Origin: an uncultured Negativicutes bacterium
GTDB lineage: Bacteria; Bacillota; Negativicutes; JBAXTZ01
DNA: 56,543 bases
Reading direction: 5' to 3'
NCBI GenBank assembly: GCA_963721525.1
Contig: CAVRJL010000003.1
Location: 1-56,543, forward strand
The position numbers were made by a program, and so were the translations under genes. Numbering within the stretch: position 1 is the first letter of the stretch; the number at the start of each line of letters is the position of its first letter. Below, one piece after another: positions 42,543-53,771 of this stretch. Under the pieces are notes generated by a model that had not been told where the DNA came from, did not search any database, and saw only the letters and a program-made list of their open reading frames with translations.

Positions 42543-42779
42543 TTAGTCTTTTTTAATATTTAGTAAAAAAGAAGACATAAGTACCGAAAAACCTAAGAAA
42601 TTTATAATTCAGAGTTAGCACTAAAGTTTATTTTATGTGTTATTTTACAACATGGAATATATTATGCCGTATAAGTAAAAAATTAAATTATCATAGAACA
42701 CATTTATTTACTTTAAACTTCACTTTTGTTAAAATGAATTGTCATAATATATTGTCTTTAAAGTAATTTGGAGGAATCA

Positions 42780-45298
42780 ATGGGGATAAGCAAATGGATA
42801 GAAAAAATATTTGGCAACTATAATACAAGTGAGATTAATCGTATTCAACAATGCTATATAGAAACAATAAATGACTTCGAGCCTAAACTGAGGAAGCTTA
42901 ATGATGAAAGTTTAGCAGCTAAAACGTCCGAATTTAAATTTCGCTTGCTTGAAAACAATGAACCTTTAGAAAATATTTTACCAGAAGCTTTTGCTACGGT
43001 TCGCGAGGTATCGAGTAGGGTACTTAATATGCGTCATTTTGATGTTCAAATGCTTGGCGGAGTTGTTTTACATGAAGGTCGTATTGCCGAAATGAAAACC
43101 GGAGAAGGCAAAACCCTTGTTTCGACACTTCCTGCTTATTTAAATGCCCTTACAGATAAAGGAGTTCATATTGTCACTGTAAATGATTATTTAGCGAAAC
43201 GCGATAGTGAATGGATGGGACAGATTCATAAATTTCTTGGAATAAGTGTTGGACTTATAAATCATGATATGGATTTTAATAGTCGTAAAATAGCGTATAA
43301 TGCGAATATTACTTATGGAACAAATAACGAATTTGGATTTGATTATTTGAGAGATAATATGGTTGTTGAGCCTGAACAGATGGTACAGAGATCTCTTAAC
43401 TATGCTATAGTTGATGAAGTAGATAGTATTTTAATAGATGAGGCGCGTACTCCTTTAGTTATTTCTGGACCGGGAGAGAAATCTGCTGATTTATATAATG
43501 TTATAGCTCGTATTATTCCAAAGTTAATTCCTAAAGAAGATTATATTATAGATGAGAAAGCTCATAATGTTGCTTTAAACGAAAACGGTATTGCTAAAAT
43601 AGAGAAGCTTCTTTCAATAACTAATCTTTATGAAGGAGACAATATGGAACTTGCACATCATATTCATCAAGCACTAAAAGCGCATACATTAATGCATAAA
43701 GATAAAGATTATGTTGTAAAAGATGGAGAAGTTGTGATAGTTGACGAATTTACAGGAAGATTAGTTGTGGGACGCCGTTATTCTGATGGATTACATCAGG
43801 CTATTGAGGCTAAAGAAGGTATAAAAGTTCAGAGAGAAAATCAAACATTGGCTTCAATAACTTTTCAAAATTATTTTAGAATATATAATAAATTGGCAGG
43901 CATGACAGGTACTGCTAAAACCGAAGAACAAGAGTTTCGCAAAATTTATGGTATAGATGTAATAATTATTTCGACTCACAAACCAATGATTCGAAAAGAT
44001 TATACTGATGTTGTTTTCAAAAATAAAAAAGGTAAATATAAAGCCGTAATAAAAGAAATATGTAATTTAAATGCTAAAGGACAACCTGTGTTGGTAGGTA
44101 CTACAAGTATTGCACAATCAGAACAATTAAGTGAAATGCTGAAAAAAATCAATATTAAACATAATGTACTTAATGCAAAATTTCATGAGTTAGAAGCGCA
44201 GATAATAGCTCAAGCAGGACAAAAAAGAGCTGTAACCATTGCTACAAATATGGCAGGTCGCGGAACAGATATTGTTTTAGGAAAAAGAGTTTCTGAACTT
44301 GGGGGTTTACATATTTTAGGAACAGAAAGACATGAAAGTAGACGAATAGATAATCAGTTACGTGGACGTTCAGGCAGGCAAGGAGATCCAGGATCCTCAC
44401 GTTTTTTTTTATCTTTGGAAGATGATCTAATGCGTCTTTTTGGAGACAATATCTCTTATATAATGGACAAGTTAGGTATGGATGAAGATCTACCTATACA
44501 AAGTAATATAGTAAGCAAAACGATTGAACGTGCACAGAAAAAAATCGAAGCTCATAATTTTAGTATCCGTAAATATGTATTGGAATATGACGACATTATG
44601 AACATACAACGTAAAATTATATATGATGAGCGTAGAAAAATTTTATATGGGGATAACTTACGCGCTAATATTTTAGCAATGTCAGAAAAAATAATTTCTA
44701 AAGCAACAAAGATCTATTTACCTGAAAAAAATAATCGTGATGAATGGGATATAAATGGATTAATAAGGTATGTTAATGAATTTATCCCTATCAAAGAATC
44801 TTTGATAGGGATAAATTTCGATAAATATAATACCGAAAAAGTGTTTTTTATGCTTTGCGAAAAAGCTCATAACATTTATAATGAGAAAGAAAAAACTATC
44901 GGCTCAGAAAATATGAGATTAATAGAAAGAACTATAATGTTAAAAGTTATTGATGCTAGATGGTTAAATCATTTAAATAATATAGAATCTTTAAAGCAAG
45001 GAATAGGTTTGAGGGCATTAGGACAAAAAGATCCTTTAATTGAATACAAAATAGAGACATTTGATTTATTTCAGCAAACAAATGAGAGTATTCAAGAAGA
45101 TATTGTAAGATTTGCTTATAGGGTTAATATTATTGTGGCTCCCAACGATTGTTTAAAGGAAGCTAAAATTAAATTTGGAGAAGAAAAGCAAAAAGATAAA
45201 CATTCCGTGCGAAAAAAAAAGAAATAGGCCGAAATGAATTTTGCCCTTGTGGAAGTGGGAAAAAACATAAGAAATGTTGCGGATTAATAACTAGTTAA
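42780..45298 (+). CDS. secA: Preprotein translocase SecA; SEC-C tail out of frame after an A9 run
   Basis: [39 protein letters not shown]; 0-frame stop at 45227, -1 frame continues [21 protein letters not shown] to TAA 45298. Confidence 0.97.
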
Positions 45299-45346
45299 AT
45301 TATTAATAGATTTGTTATTTAGTAAATTTAGTAAAGGGTGTAAACT

Positions 45347-46453
45347 ATGTTGGTAGAGGATTTAAAGAATAAAATATTTTTTTGCAAAAACAAATTACAA
45401 GATATTAGGAGGTCGCTTTGATATAGAAAATAAAGAAAGACAACTTATTGAGTTGAATAAAATAATGAGTGAACAAAGTTTTTGGGAAAATCAATCTTTA
45501 GTACGTAAAACAATGAAAGAATTAACAGTTTTAAAAGATATAATAAACGAGTTTAATGATTTAAAAATACGTACGGAAGACCTTGAAATTTTTTGGCAGC
45601 TAGGAATTGAAGAAAAAAGTGATACTCTACATGATGAAATAGAGTTAGAGTATAAAAAGCTTATTAAACATTTAGAACATTTAGAATTTAAATTAATGTT
45701 AAATGGAGAATATGATTCTAATAATGCATTAATATCGATTCATGCTGGAGCAGGAGGAACTGAAGCTCAGGATTGGGCCAAAATGTTACTAAGAATGTTT
45801 ATGCGTTGGGCAGAAAAAAATAATTTTGAAACCAAAATTTTAGATATATTATCAGGAGATGAGGCAGGAATAAAAAGCGTGGTTGCTTCTGTAGCAGGGT
45901 TAAATTCCTTTGGATACTTAAAATCAGAAAAAGGGGTACATAGACTTGTAAGAATTTCTCCATTTGACGCAAATGCTAGAAGACATACTTCTTTTGCAGC
46001 AGTAAATGTTATGCCAGAAATTGAAGACAACATAGAGATTATTATTGCCCATCAAGATTTGAAGATAGATACATTTAGAGCAAGTGGAGCTGGGGGTCAA
46101 CATATTAATAAAACCGATTCGGCTGTTCGTATAACACACATACCTACAGGTATTGTAGTTACTTGTCAAAGCGAACGCTCTCAATTGCAAAATAAAGAGT
46201 ATGCTATGAAAGTGCTTAAAGCTAAACTTTTTGAATTAGAGAGTCAAAAAAAAAAGAGCTGAAAACCGAATTAGGTGGGAATTATATGTCTATAGAATGG
46301 GGAAGTCAAATACGGTCTTATGTATTTCATCCCTATAATTTAGTAAAAGATCATAGGACTGGTTGGGAGGAAGGAAATATCCAAAATGTTATGGATGGGG
46401 ATATAGATGGTTTTATAAATGCTTATTTAAAGGGAAGAGTATTAGAAAAATAG
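45347..46453 (+). CDS. prfB: Peptide chain release factor 2, with programmed +1 frameshift and a second break at an A10 run
   Basis: ATG 45347..AGGAGG-tcg-CTT TGA T (45416-45422); SPF and GGQ motifs; stop at 46262, while the -1 frame gives [28 protein letters not shown] to TAG 46453. Confidence 0.96.
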
Positions 46454-46465
46454 CTGGAGTAATAA

Positions 46466-48523
46466 ATGAAAAGTAAATATGGGAAAAGTATATTAATATT
46501 TTTAATAATTTTAGGGTTGTTAGCAGCAAGTTGTATAATTTATAAGCGATATTTAACTGAAAAAGCAAATAATACTGTGGAAATTGTTATGGATTATAAT
46601 GAATTATTGGAACTATCTAATCTTGAAGGATTAAGTTTTAAGGATGTATTAGCTCAGTTTCATATAGCAGGAGTAAATTCATTAGCTATTTATGATACGA
46701 ATTTGAATGATTTATCAAAACAGGGGTTTATATCTTTAATAACTGGTGAGGGATTATTGAAAAATATTTTTTTATTTCCATTCAATAATCAATTTTTGTT
46801 GAAACTGAAAGCCAATAATTTGTTTGACGAAAACTACTTGTATATTGTTAATAATAATTTTTTTGAGTTTGGAAAATTGAAAAAATATCTTCAAAACCGT
46901 TGGGGAGAAAAAAGGGTTATTGAATTATCTGTAAATAATTATAAATTTTTATGCATAAAAGACGCATTCGAAAATATAGAAAAAGAGCCCATAGGTATGT
47001 TTTCTTATCAATTAAATACAATATTGAATTCTGATTATAATGTTTTAATAAGGCCACAAAATTTTGTAGGTGTAAATAAACATAAAATACAAGATGAATT
47101 TAGTATTCTAAAAAATATTCCTAGAGAAAAACTTAGTGGGGTAATGTTTGCCGGAAAAGAAGTTTTAGGCTATAAAAAATATATAGATGAAAGCGTTAAA
47201 TTTTTAAAAGAACGTAATTTGCCTATTTATGCGTGCGAAAATCCCATACAGTTACAATTCATAAAACAAGAGGGATTACCTGATTTTATTAAATTAAACG
47301 AATATAATGCAGTACGTGTTTACACAATTGCAGAAGTAGAGCAAGAAAAGCTTGATATAGATAATATGAGTCATAGATTCGGAATAGCTATTAGTGAAAG
47401 AAATATTAGAGCAGCTCTTATAAGGTGCATTAAGTACCCTAAAGAAGGAGCTACTCATTTGAAAACAAATTTAAATTATATTTCGAGTATTAAAAAAGAA
47501 TTTAATGAGCGAGGGTTACTTATTGGCAAAGCTGGCACGTTTTATAAATTTTATCCTAGAAAAGAATTGTTATTTTTAGGTTGTTTAGGGAGTATAGCTG
47601 CTGGTATGTTATTAATGCGAAGATTTATTACATTGTCTATAAGAAGGCAATTACTTATTATTTTCTTATTTTGGATAATAGGTTGTAGCTTATATTTAAA
47701 GTTAAATTTTTTATTATTTTTACAAATTTGTGCTTTGGTAGCGGCTATAAGTTTTCCTGTTGTTGCGGTATATACGCAATTAGAAAAATGGGATAACTTA
47801 GAGAATAAAACTTATAGCTTGGGTAAATTCTTGTTTAGAAGCATGTTTTCACTTATTGGAATCAGTTGTATATCTTTATGCGGAGCAGTATTTATTAGTT
47901 CTATTTTAGGAGATGTAAGGTTCCTTTTAGAAATGGAAATATATAAAGGGGTAAAATTTACGTTTATTATGCCAATTATATTAATATTAATATTATATTT
48001 AAATAAATATAATATTTTCAATGAAGAAAAAACATTATCAGAAGAAGGACAAATTTTTCAGAATTTACAAAAAATTTTGAATTATCCATTGTATATGAAA
48101 GATGCATTCATTGGATTTATAATTTTAATAGGTCTATGGGAATTTATTGGTAGAAGTGGACATACGTTAGGAGTACCTGTAACATATTTAGAAATGAAAA
48201 TAAGATATTTTTTGGATAATATTATGTATGTTCGCCCACGATTTAAGGAGGTTTTAATAGGACATCCAGCTTTTTTTATGATGATATATGCAATAAAAAG
48301 AAATTGGCGAAGGAAATTTAAATGTTTATTAGTTTTATTAGTTATGATAGGCCAATTATCTTTAGTGGAAACATTTTGCCACTTACGGTCCCCCATTTTT
48401 TTGTCACTTTTTAGAGCGATAAATGGATGGCTATTAAGTATACCGATAGGTATTATAGTTGTTTTATTATTTATTTTATTAGAAAAAATTTTCAAGATGA
48501 GTATGAGAATTGATGATGTATAA
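46466..48523 (+). CDS. DUF5693-like polytopic membrane protein
   Basis: N-terminal TM, VEIVMDY, ERNIR, YKGVK, GRSGH, RPRFKE.LIGHP, ETFCHLRSP; upstream of csaB. Confidence 0.8.
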   Translation: MKSKYGKSILIFLIILGLLAASCIIYKRYLTEKANNTVEIVMDYNELLELSNLEGLSFKDVLAQFHIAGVNSLAIYDTNLNDLSKQGFISLITGEGLLKNIFLFPFNNQFLLKLKANNLFDENYLYIVNNNFFEFGKLKKYLQNRWGEKRVIELSVNNYKFLCIKDAFENIEKEPIGMFSYQLNTILNSDYNVLIRPQNFVGVNKHKIQDEFSILKNIPREKLSGVMFAGKEVLGYKKYIDESVKFLKERNLPIYACENPIQLQFIKQEGLPDFIKLNEYNAVRVYTIAEVEQEKLDIDNMSHRFGIAISERNIRAALIRCIKYPKEGATHLKTNLNYISSIKKEFNERGLLIGKAGTFYKFYPRKELLFLGCLGSIAAGMLLMRRFITLSIRRQLLIIFLFWIIGCSLYLKLNFLLFLQICALVAAISFPVVAVYTQLEKWDNLENKTYSLGKFLFRSMFSLIGISCISLCGAVFISSILGDVRFLLEMEIYKGVKFTFIMPIILILILYLNKYNIFNEEKTLSEEGQIFQNLQKILNYPLYMKDAFIGFIILIGLWEFIGRSGHTLGVPVTYLEMKIRYFLDNIMYVRPRFKEVLIGHPAFFMMIYAIKRNWRRKFKCLLVLLVMIGQLSLVETFCHLRSPIFLSLFRAINGWLLSIPIGIIVVLLFILLEKIFKMSMRIDDV

Positions 48524-49613
48524 AATTTTAATATCAGGATATTATGGATTTAATAATACAGGAGATGAAGCTATGCTTAAAGTCATAGTTAGATCTTTAC
48601 TAGATAGGGAACCTAACGTTAAAATAACAGTAATTTCAGGTAATCCTAAGGAAACATCAATAAAATATAAAGTACAGTCAATCTATGCTTTTAATTTTTG
48701 GAAAATATTTTTTTCTATATTGGAATGCGATTTATTAATATCAGGTGGAGGAAGCTTATTACAAACAGTTACTAGTAAGCGTAGTTTTTATTATTATCTT
48801 TTTATTATTTTCTTTGGAGTTTTAGTAAAAAGGCAGATAATGCTTTATGCACAAGGGATAGGTCCTATCAGTGGTAGACTCCCCGTTAAGTTAATGAAAT
48901 TTATTTTAGGAAGAGTTGATTTAATAACGGTACGTGATTCAAACTCTTTTTTTGAGCTAGAAAAGATTGGAATTGCAAAAGAAAAAATTAAAATTACTGC
49001 GGACCCTGTTTTGTGCATGTATCCTATTTGTGTAAAAAAAGGAAAAAATTTATTATCATTATTAGGAGTTGATTTTAATCGTCCGATTGTTGCAATCGCA
49101 CCAAGATTTTATGGTAAAGATACAAATGGTTTTAAAAATATTGCTCAAATTGCAGATTTATTAGTTAAAGAAAATAATGTACAAATAGTTTTTTTCCCGA
49201 TGCATTTGCCTATAGATTTAGATGCTTGTTTAAAAATAGCAAACTTAATGAAAGCTAGTTCGATAATAAGTAGAGAAATGTATCAGGTTGAAGTATTTAT
49301 GTCTATTTTAGGGAATATAGATATATTATTGGGAATAAGGCTCCATGCTCTAATATTTGCAGCAATTATGTCAACACCTATTAGCGCTTTTTCTTACGAC
49401 CCCAAAGTCAAAGGATTTATGGAAAATGTAGCTTGTGATTATTCAGATATCGATAATATTAATGTATTAGATGTTAAAACAAGTGTGGCTAATTTATTAA
49501 AAAATGAAAATTATTTTCGTAAAAATTTGAGAAAAAGAATACAAATTTTAAGATTAAGAGCTATACAGAATACTGATTTAGCAATATCTTTACTACATAA
49601 GCGGAAAAAATGA
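48510..49613 (+). CDS. csaB: Polysaccharide pyruvyl transferase CsaB
   Basis: ISGYYGFNNTGDEA, SGGGSLLQ.VTS.RS..YY, AQGIGP, VRD, RLHALI, SYDPKV. Confidence 0.93.
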   Translation: MMMYKILISGYYGFNNTGDEAMLKVIVRSLLDREPNVKITVISGNPKETSIKYKVQSIYAFNFWKIFFSILECDLLISGGGSLLQTVTSKRSFYYYLFIIFFGVLVKRQIMLYAQGIGPISGRLPVKLMKFILGRVDLITVRDSNSFFELEKIGIAKEKIKITADPVLCMYPICVKKGKNLLSLLGVDFNRPIVAIAPRFYGKDTNGFKNIAQIADLLVKENNVQIVFFPMHLPIDLDACLKIANLMKASSIISREMYQVEVFMSILGNIDILLGIRLHALIFAAIMSTPISAFSYDPKVKGFMENVACDYSDIDNINVLDVKTSVANLLKNENYFRKNLRKRIQILRLRAIQNTDLAISLLHKRKK

Positions 49614-49905
49614 TAAAATTCGAGCGGAAAAATCTACCTTTATGAAGTTGATATTTAGAGAAAAATTTGCAAATGAAGTAAATATTTTTATACAGGGCAA
49701 AACAATAAACGATTTTATTAAAAAAGAAGTGCTTTATCTACGTAGAAAATTGGGAGTAGTATTTTCAGATATTCGATTATTGCCTAATAAGACAGTAATA
49801 TACAGTAAATAAAACGTCGAGTTAAATAAGTAGTTTAAATGGTGGGTTTACAAGATAGAATTCAGGATTTACCCAAAGAATTATCAGGTGGAGAACAGCA
49901 AAAAA
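49610..49905 (+). pseudogene. ftsE: Cell-division ABC ATPase FtsE relic
   Basis: RAEKSTFMKLIFRE...EVLYLRRKLGVVFSDIRLLPNKTV and MVGLQDRIQDLPKELSGGEQQ; Walker A damaged, Walker B region missing. Confidence 0.9.
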
Positions 49906-49989
49906 TTTTAAACATAGCAGAATATAATCTAAATATAAATCAGCGATTATATAAAGAAGAGCTTGTTACTTCGTATAAATTGAAAAAAT

Positions 49990-50131
49990 TAATTAGAAAT
50001 ATTCAGTTTTTTATAGTCATTGTTCAATCTTGAATGTCAAAAATGGCAAACAGGTAAGTAAAGGTGAAGTAGTAGCAAAAGTAGGAGATACAGGATATGC
50101 TATAGGTTCACATTACATTAAAAGCGAATAG
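49990..50131 (+). pseudogene. M23/EnvC-like murein hydrolase activator relic (ftsX essentially deleted)
   Basis: VFYSHCSILNVKNGKQVSKGEVVAKVGDTGYAIGSH matches the M23 C-terminus; ftsE-ftsX-M23-ctp order. Confidence 0.85.
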
Positions 50132-50184
50132 ATACATTAAATTAAAATAAATAACATATACAAAATGATTAAGGTGGCAAATCA

Positions 50185-51324
50185 ATGAAAATGGTTAAGC
50201 ATTTTTTTATTATAAGTTTAATAACTTTATTTATTTTAATGAGTAGTTTAGTGGGACTATTTGTTATAATGGGATGTTCCCTTAGCGAAATTCCAAATAT
50301 TTTAAAGTTTATACGCGTTTTCTCATTGGTAAAACATCAATATGTTAAAAATGTTTCTGCAAAAACGTTATTTAACGGTTCAATAAAAGGAATGCTTGAA
50401 GAGTTGAAGGATGATCATTCAGTTTATCTTAATGAGAAAGATATGAATAATTTTATAATTTCTACTAAAGGAAATTATGGTGGAATAGGAATAATATTAG
50501 AACAAAAAGAAAAAAGAATGATGGTAATTTTACCAATAGAAAATACACCTGCAGCCAATGCAGGTGTGAAAAGTGGTGATATACTAGTAAAAATAAATGG
50601 AGAAAGAATCGATAATTTAGATCCCGATATTGTTGTAAATAAAATGCGTGGAACTCCTGGAAGTTTTGTTGTTATTACCACTTTACGAGGGGAAAAAATA
50701 AAAGAATCTAGACTTCGGCGCAAAATAATTGAATTGAAAACAATATATTCAAAAATGATTGGTAATAAAATAGGATATATTCGTATATCAATGTTTAACG
50801 AAAATACAGGGAATGAGTTCGATAAAATATGGAATCGGTTAGAAAACGAGAATATGCAAGCAGTAATATTAGATTTACGTAATAATCCTGGAGGGTTAAT
50901 TGATGAATGTGTGAAAATAGGCAGATATTTTATCCCTAAAGGACCAATAGTTACAACAATTAACCGTAAAGGTGAAAAAAAAGTTTATTATTCGGAGCGT
51001 ATAAATATTAGATATCCTTTGATTATTTTAGTAAATAAAGGAAGCGCAAGCGCTTCTGAAATTATTGCCGGTGCAGTTCAAGATACGAAATCAGGAACGC
51101 TTATAGGTGAACAAACTTATGGTAAGGGAACTATTCAAGAAATGAAATATTTAGGGGACGGTTCAGCGATTAAATTGACGATAGCAAAATATGTTACTCC
51201 AAATAATCACTTTATAGACAAAGTAGGGATTAAGCCTGATATAAACGTACAATTAGCTAGTAATTACAAAAAAGATATTCAGCTAGAAAAGGCTAAAGAA
51301 ATTTTAAAAAGTAGAATTCATTAA
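50185..51324 (+). CDS. S41 family C-terminal processing protease (CtpA-like)
   Basis: YGGIGI, PDZ TPAANAGVKSGD, LDLRNNPGG, SASASEI, TYGKGTIQ, GIKPD. Confidence 0.95.
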   Translation: MKMVKHFFIISLITLFILMSSLVGLFVIMGCSLSEIPNILKFIRVFSLVKHQYVKNVSAKTLFNGSIKGMLEELKDDHSVYLNEKDMNNFIISTKGNYGGIGIILEQKEKRMMVILPIENTPAANAGVKSGDILVKINGERIDNLDPDIVVNKMRGTPGSFVVITTLRGEKIKESRLRRKIIELKTIYSKMIGNKIGYIRISMFNENTGNEFDKIWNRLENENMQAVILDLRNNPGGLIDECVKIGRYFIPKGPIVTTINRKGEKKVYYSERINIRYPLIILVNKGSASASEIIAGAVQDTKSGTLIGEQTYGKGTIQEMKYLGDGSAIKLTIAKYVTPNNHFIDKVGIKPDINVQLASNYKKDIQLEKAKEILKSRIH

Positions 51325-51674
51325 AAGTAATACAAAATTGATAACATGCTAAAATAAAAGGTCTTTACTTATTAGCAAAATAAAATAGAATAATATTCGA
51401 TAACTCAAGATAAAAGTAAGCAGCTTGTACTTATTTATGATAAACTTGTTATTTACCGTTCATTGAAAAATTGTTATTAATAGAAATAAATGATGTATTA
51501 ATAATTAATATTCTTCATGAATAAAAGATATTTAAGTGTTTATTAGGAGACGACTCAATATGAGGAATACATATACATATACAAATACAAAGGAATATAT
51601 AACATAACCTTGATGGGTTAGCTCAAGATTTTTTGATCAGAGAACTATTATAGAAAAGGAGGGTTATATTTTAT

Positions 51675-51730
51675 TATTAAGAGCTAATATTAAGAGCTAA
51701 TATTAAGAGCTAATATTAAGAGCTAATATT
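51675..51730. repeat. Tandem repeat, 13 bp x4.3
   Basis: TATTAAGAGCTAA four times plus TATT. Confidence 0.95.
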
Positions 51731-51851
51731 TTTTATTGCCATAATACAATAAAAAGTAGTAATCAATTATATAACCTTATCTTATCTTACAAACCAAGTA
51801 AGTAAAATAAATATAGTTAATCTCTTTTAAATACACACAAGGGATGATTCG

Positions 51852-53696
51852 TTGAATTTAATGAATATTACTTTTTTTATAAAAGAAAAAATAAAGCAAA
51901 TTAATGTACTTGTTTTTTATACTATATTATCGATAATTGGAAAAAATATATTATTCTCGGCTATTACATTTAGTTCTAAATTAGAACTAAAATTTTATTT
52001 AAAGGCTATTTATATTTTTTTGCAATATTGGCAATTCTATGTAGCAGTACCTTTATTGTTTATTTCAATATCATATTTGTTTAACAATAAGTTTTGTATA
52101 ATATATTTATTAATATTAAATACTTTATTATCAATATTGTTTTGCAGTGGCATATGGTATTTTCGCGCCTTTAAAACTTTACCTACTTTTTACGCTTTCC
52201 GACAAATAAGAGATATAAATAGCATATGGTTGTCGCTGTTGTCAATTATGAACACGTTTGATTTAATGTTTGTTGTAGATTTATTTCCATTGGGCTGGAT
52301 TGCAACGAGATATTTTATTACTAAAAAATCTTTTTTTAGTAGTACCAAAAAATTTATTCTCATTTTTCTTTTATCGTTTTTTCTCATCAGTTGGCAATTT
52401 ATAAGTAATTTTTTAGGTCTATATGGGAAAAATTATCTTATTTTTTCTCCATGGGATAATGTTGTAACTGCTCGTCATTTATCTCCTTTAGGGTATCATA
52501 TTTATAGTTATAGTAAATTATTTTTTGATAAAGATTTTTTAGTTTTAAATAATGAAGAAAAAAATAAACTTAGTAAATGGATGAAAGAAAATTTTGAAAA
52601 TTTCAAGTTAGATAAAAACTATGGAATTTTTAAAAATAAAAATCTTATTCTTATACAATTGGAATCTTTTGAAGGCTTTGTTTTAGAAAAGAAATATAAA
52701 GGTCAAGAAATAACGCCTATTTTAAATAGAATGATTAAAGATGGAATTTACTTTCCTAATTTCTATGAACAAGTCAATGAAGGAATGACCTCTGATGCTG
52801 AATTAATGGCTAATACCTCTATATACCCTTTACGGCAAGGAAGTACTTTTTTTCGTTTTCCTAACACTTTTTATAATACTCTTCCTTTAATCATGCAAAG
52901 TCAAGGATATAGCACAGCTGCATTTATGGGAGATGATGGAACAATATGGAATACCGCACCTGTAATAAAAGAAATGGGGTTTCAGAAGATTTTTACAGTA
53001 GCTGATTATATTGTTAATGAATCTTTTGGAATGGGTTTTGCAGACGGACCATTTTTAAAACAAACAGTAGCTAAATTACAAAATATAAAAATGCCATTTT
53101 ATGCATTTATAATAACTATGTCAAGTCATGGCCCATTTGATATACCTATTAAATATAGAAAATTAAAGCTTTCTAATAAATTAGAGCATAATATTATGGG
53201 AGATTATTTACAGAGTGTTAATTATATAGATAGGATGGTTGGAGAATTTTTAAATGAACTTGATAGAGCAAATTTATTAAGTAATACGGTTGTAGTTGTT
53301 TATGGAGACCATGAAAGTATTCATAAGTATTATGATAATAGAATTGCCAACATTGAAAATAATGAAAATTGGTGGGCTGTTAATAGTAAAAAAGTACCAT
53401 TTATTATTTACAATAAAAAAATACAAGGGAAAAGACAAGAAATAGTTGGTGGACAAATAGACATTTTACCAACTCTTGCTTATCTAATGGGTATAGAGTC
53501 TAAAAAATATAAATATACTTCAATGGGAAGAAGTCTAATAAACACTAGGCGGAATTTTGTAATACTATCAGATAGACAAATTATAGGTCAAAACTTAGAT
53601 ATAAATTTAAAACAAAAAGCTGAAGAAAGTTTATATGTTTCCGACGAAATAATAAGAAGTAACTTTTTTAATACTATAAGAAATTTAAAAAAATAG
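51852..53696 (+). CDS. LTA synthase family (LtaS-like / sulfatase) membrane protein
   Basis: N-terminal TMs; IQLESF, EITP.LN, QV.EGMTSDAE, TMSSHGPF, YGDH, GGQIDILPT. Confidence 0.9.
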   Translation: MNLMNITFFIKEKIKQINVLVFYTILSIIGKNILFSAITFSSKLELKFYLKAIYIFLQYWQFYVAVPLLFISISYLFNNKFCIIYLLILNTLLSILFCSGIWYFRAFKTLPTFYAFRQIRDINSIWLSLLSIMNTFDLMFVVDLFPLGWIATRYFITKKSFFSSTKKFILIFLLSFFLISWQFISNFLGLYGKNYLIFSPWDNVVTARHLSPLGYHIYSYSKLFFDKDFLVLNNEEKNKLSKWMKENFENFKLDKNYGIFKNKNLILIQLESFEGFVLEKKYKGQEITPILNRMIKDGIYFPNFYEQVNEGMTSDAELMANTSIYPLRQGSTFFRFPNTFYNTLPLIMQSQGYSTAAFMGDDGTIWNTAPVIKEMGFQKIFTVADYIVNESFGMGFADGPFLKQTVAKLQNIKMPFYAFIITMSSHGPFDIPIKYRKLKLSNKLEHNIMGDYLQSVNYIDRMVGEFLNELDRANLLSNTVVVVYGDHESIHKYYDNRIANIENNENWWAVNSKKVPFIIYNKKIQGKRQEIVGGQIDILPTLAYLMGIESKKYKYTSMGRSLINTRRNFVILSDRQIIGQNLDINLKQKAEESLYVSDEIIRSNFFNTIRNLKK

Positions 53697-53771
53697 ATTA
53701 ACAACAAAATAAAGTATATAAAGAACTTTATAGTAAGATTATATTTAATTAATTAGAAGGAAGAGAATAGG

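Noticed and set aside
42545-42760. hpf relic upstream of secA
   Set aside because: Expected by synteny but no convincing motif
45347-46453. Alternative genetic code (UGA=Trp) suggested by AT richness and the broken prfB
   Set aside because: Conserved Trp residues use TGG, long genes have no internal TGA, and several end at TGA at the expected length
49839-50033. 64-aa ORF as an independent gene
   Set aside because: It is the LSGGEQQ fragment of the ftsE pseudogene running into unrelated debris
51330-51670. PDZ/MinJ-like relic after the S41 protease
   Set aside because: Only one weak fragment (LLIEINDV); not supportable
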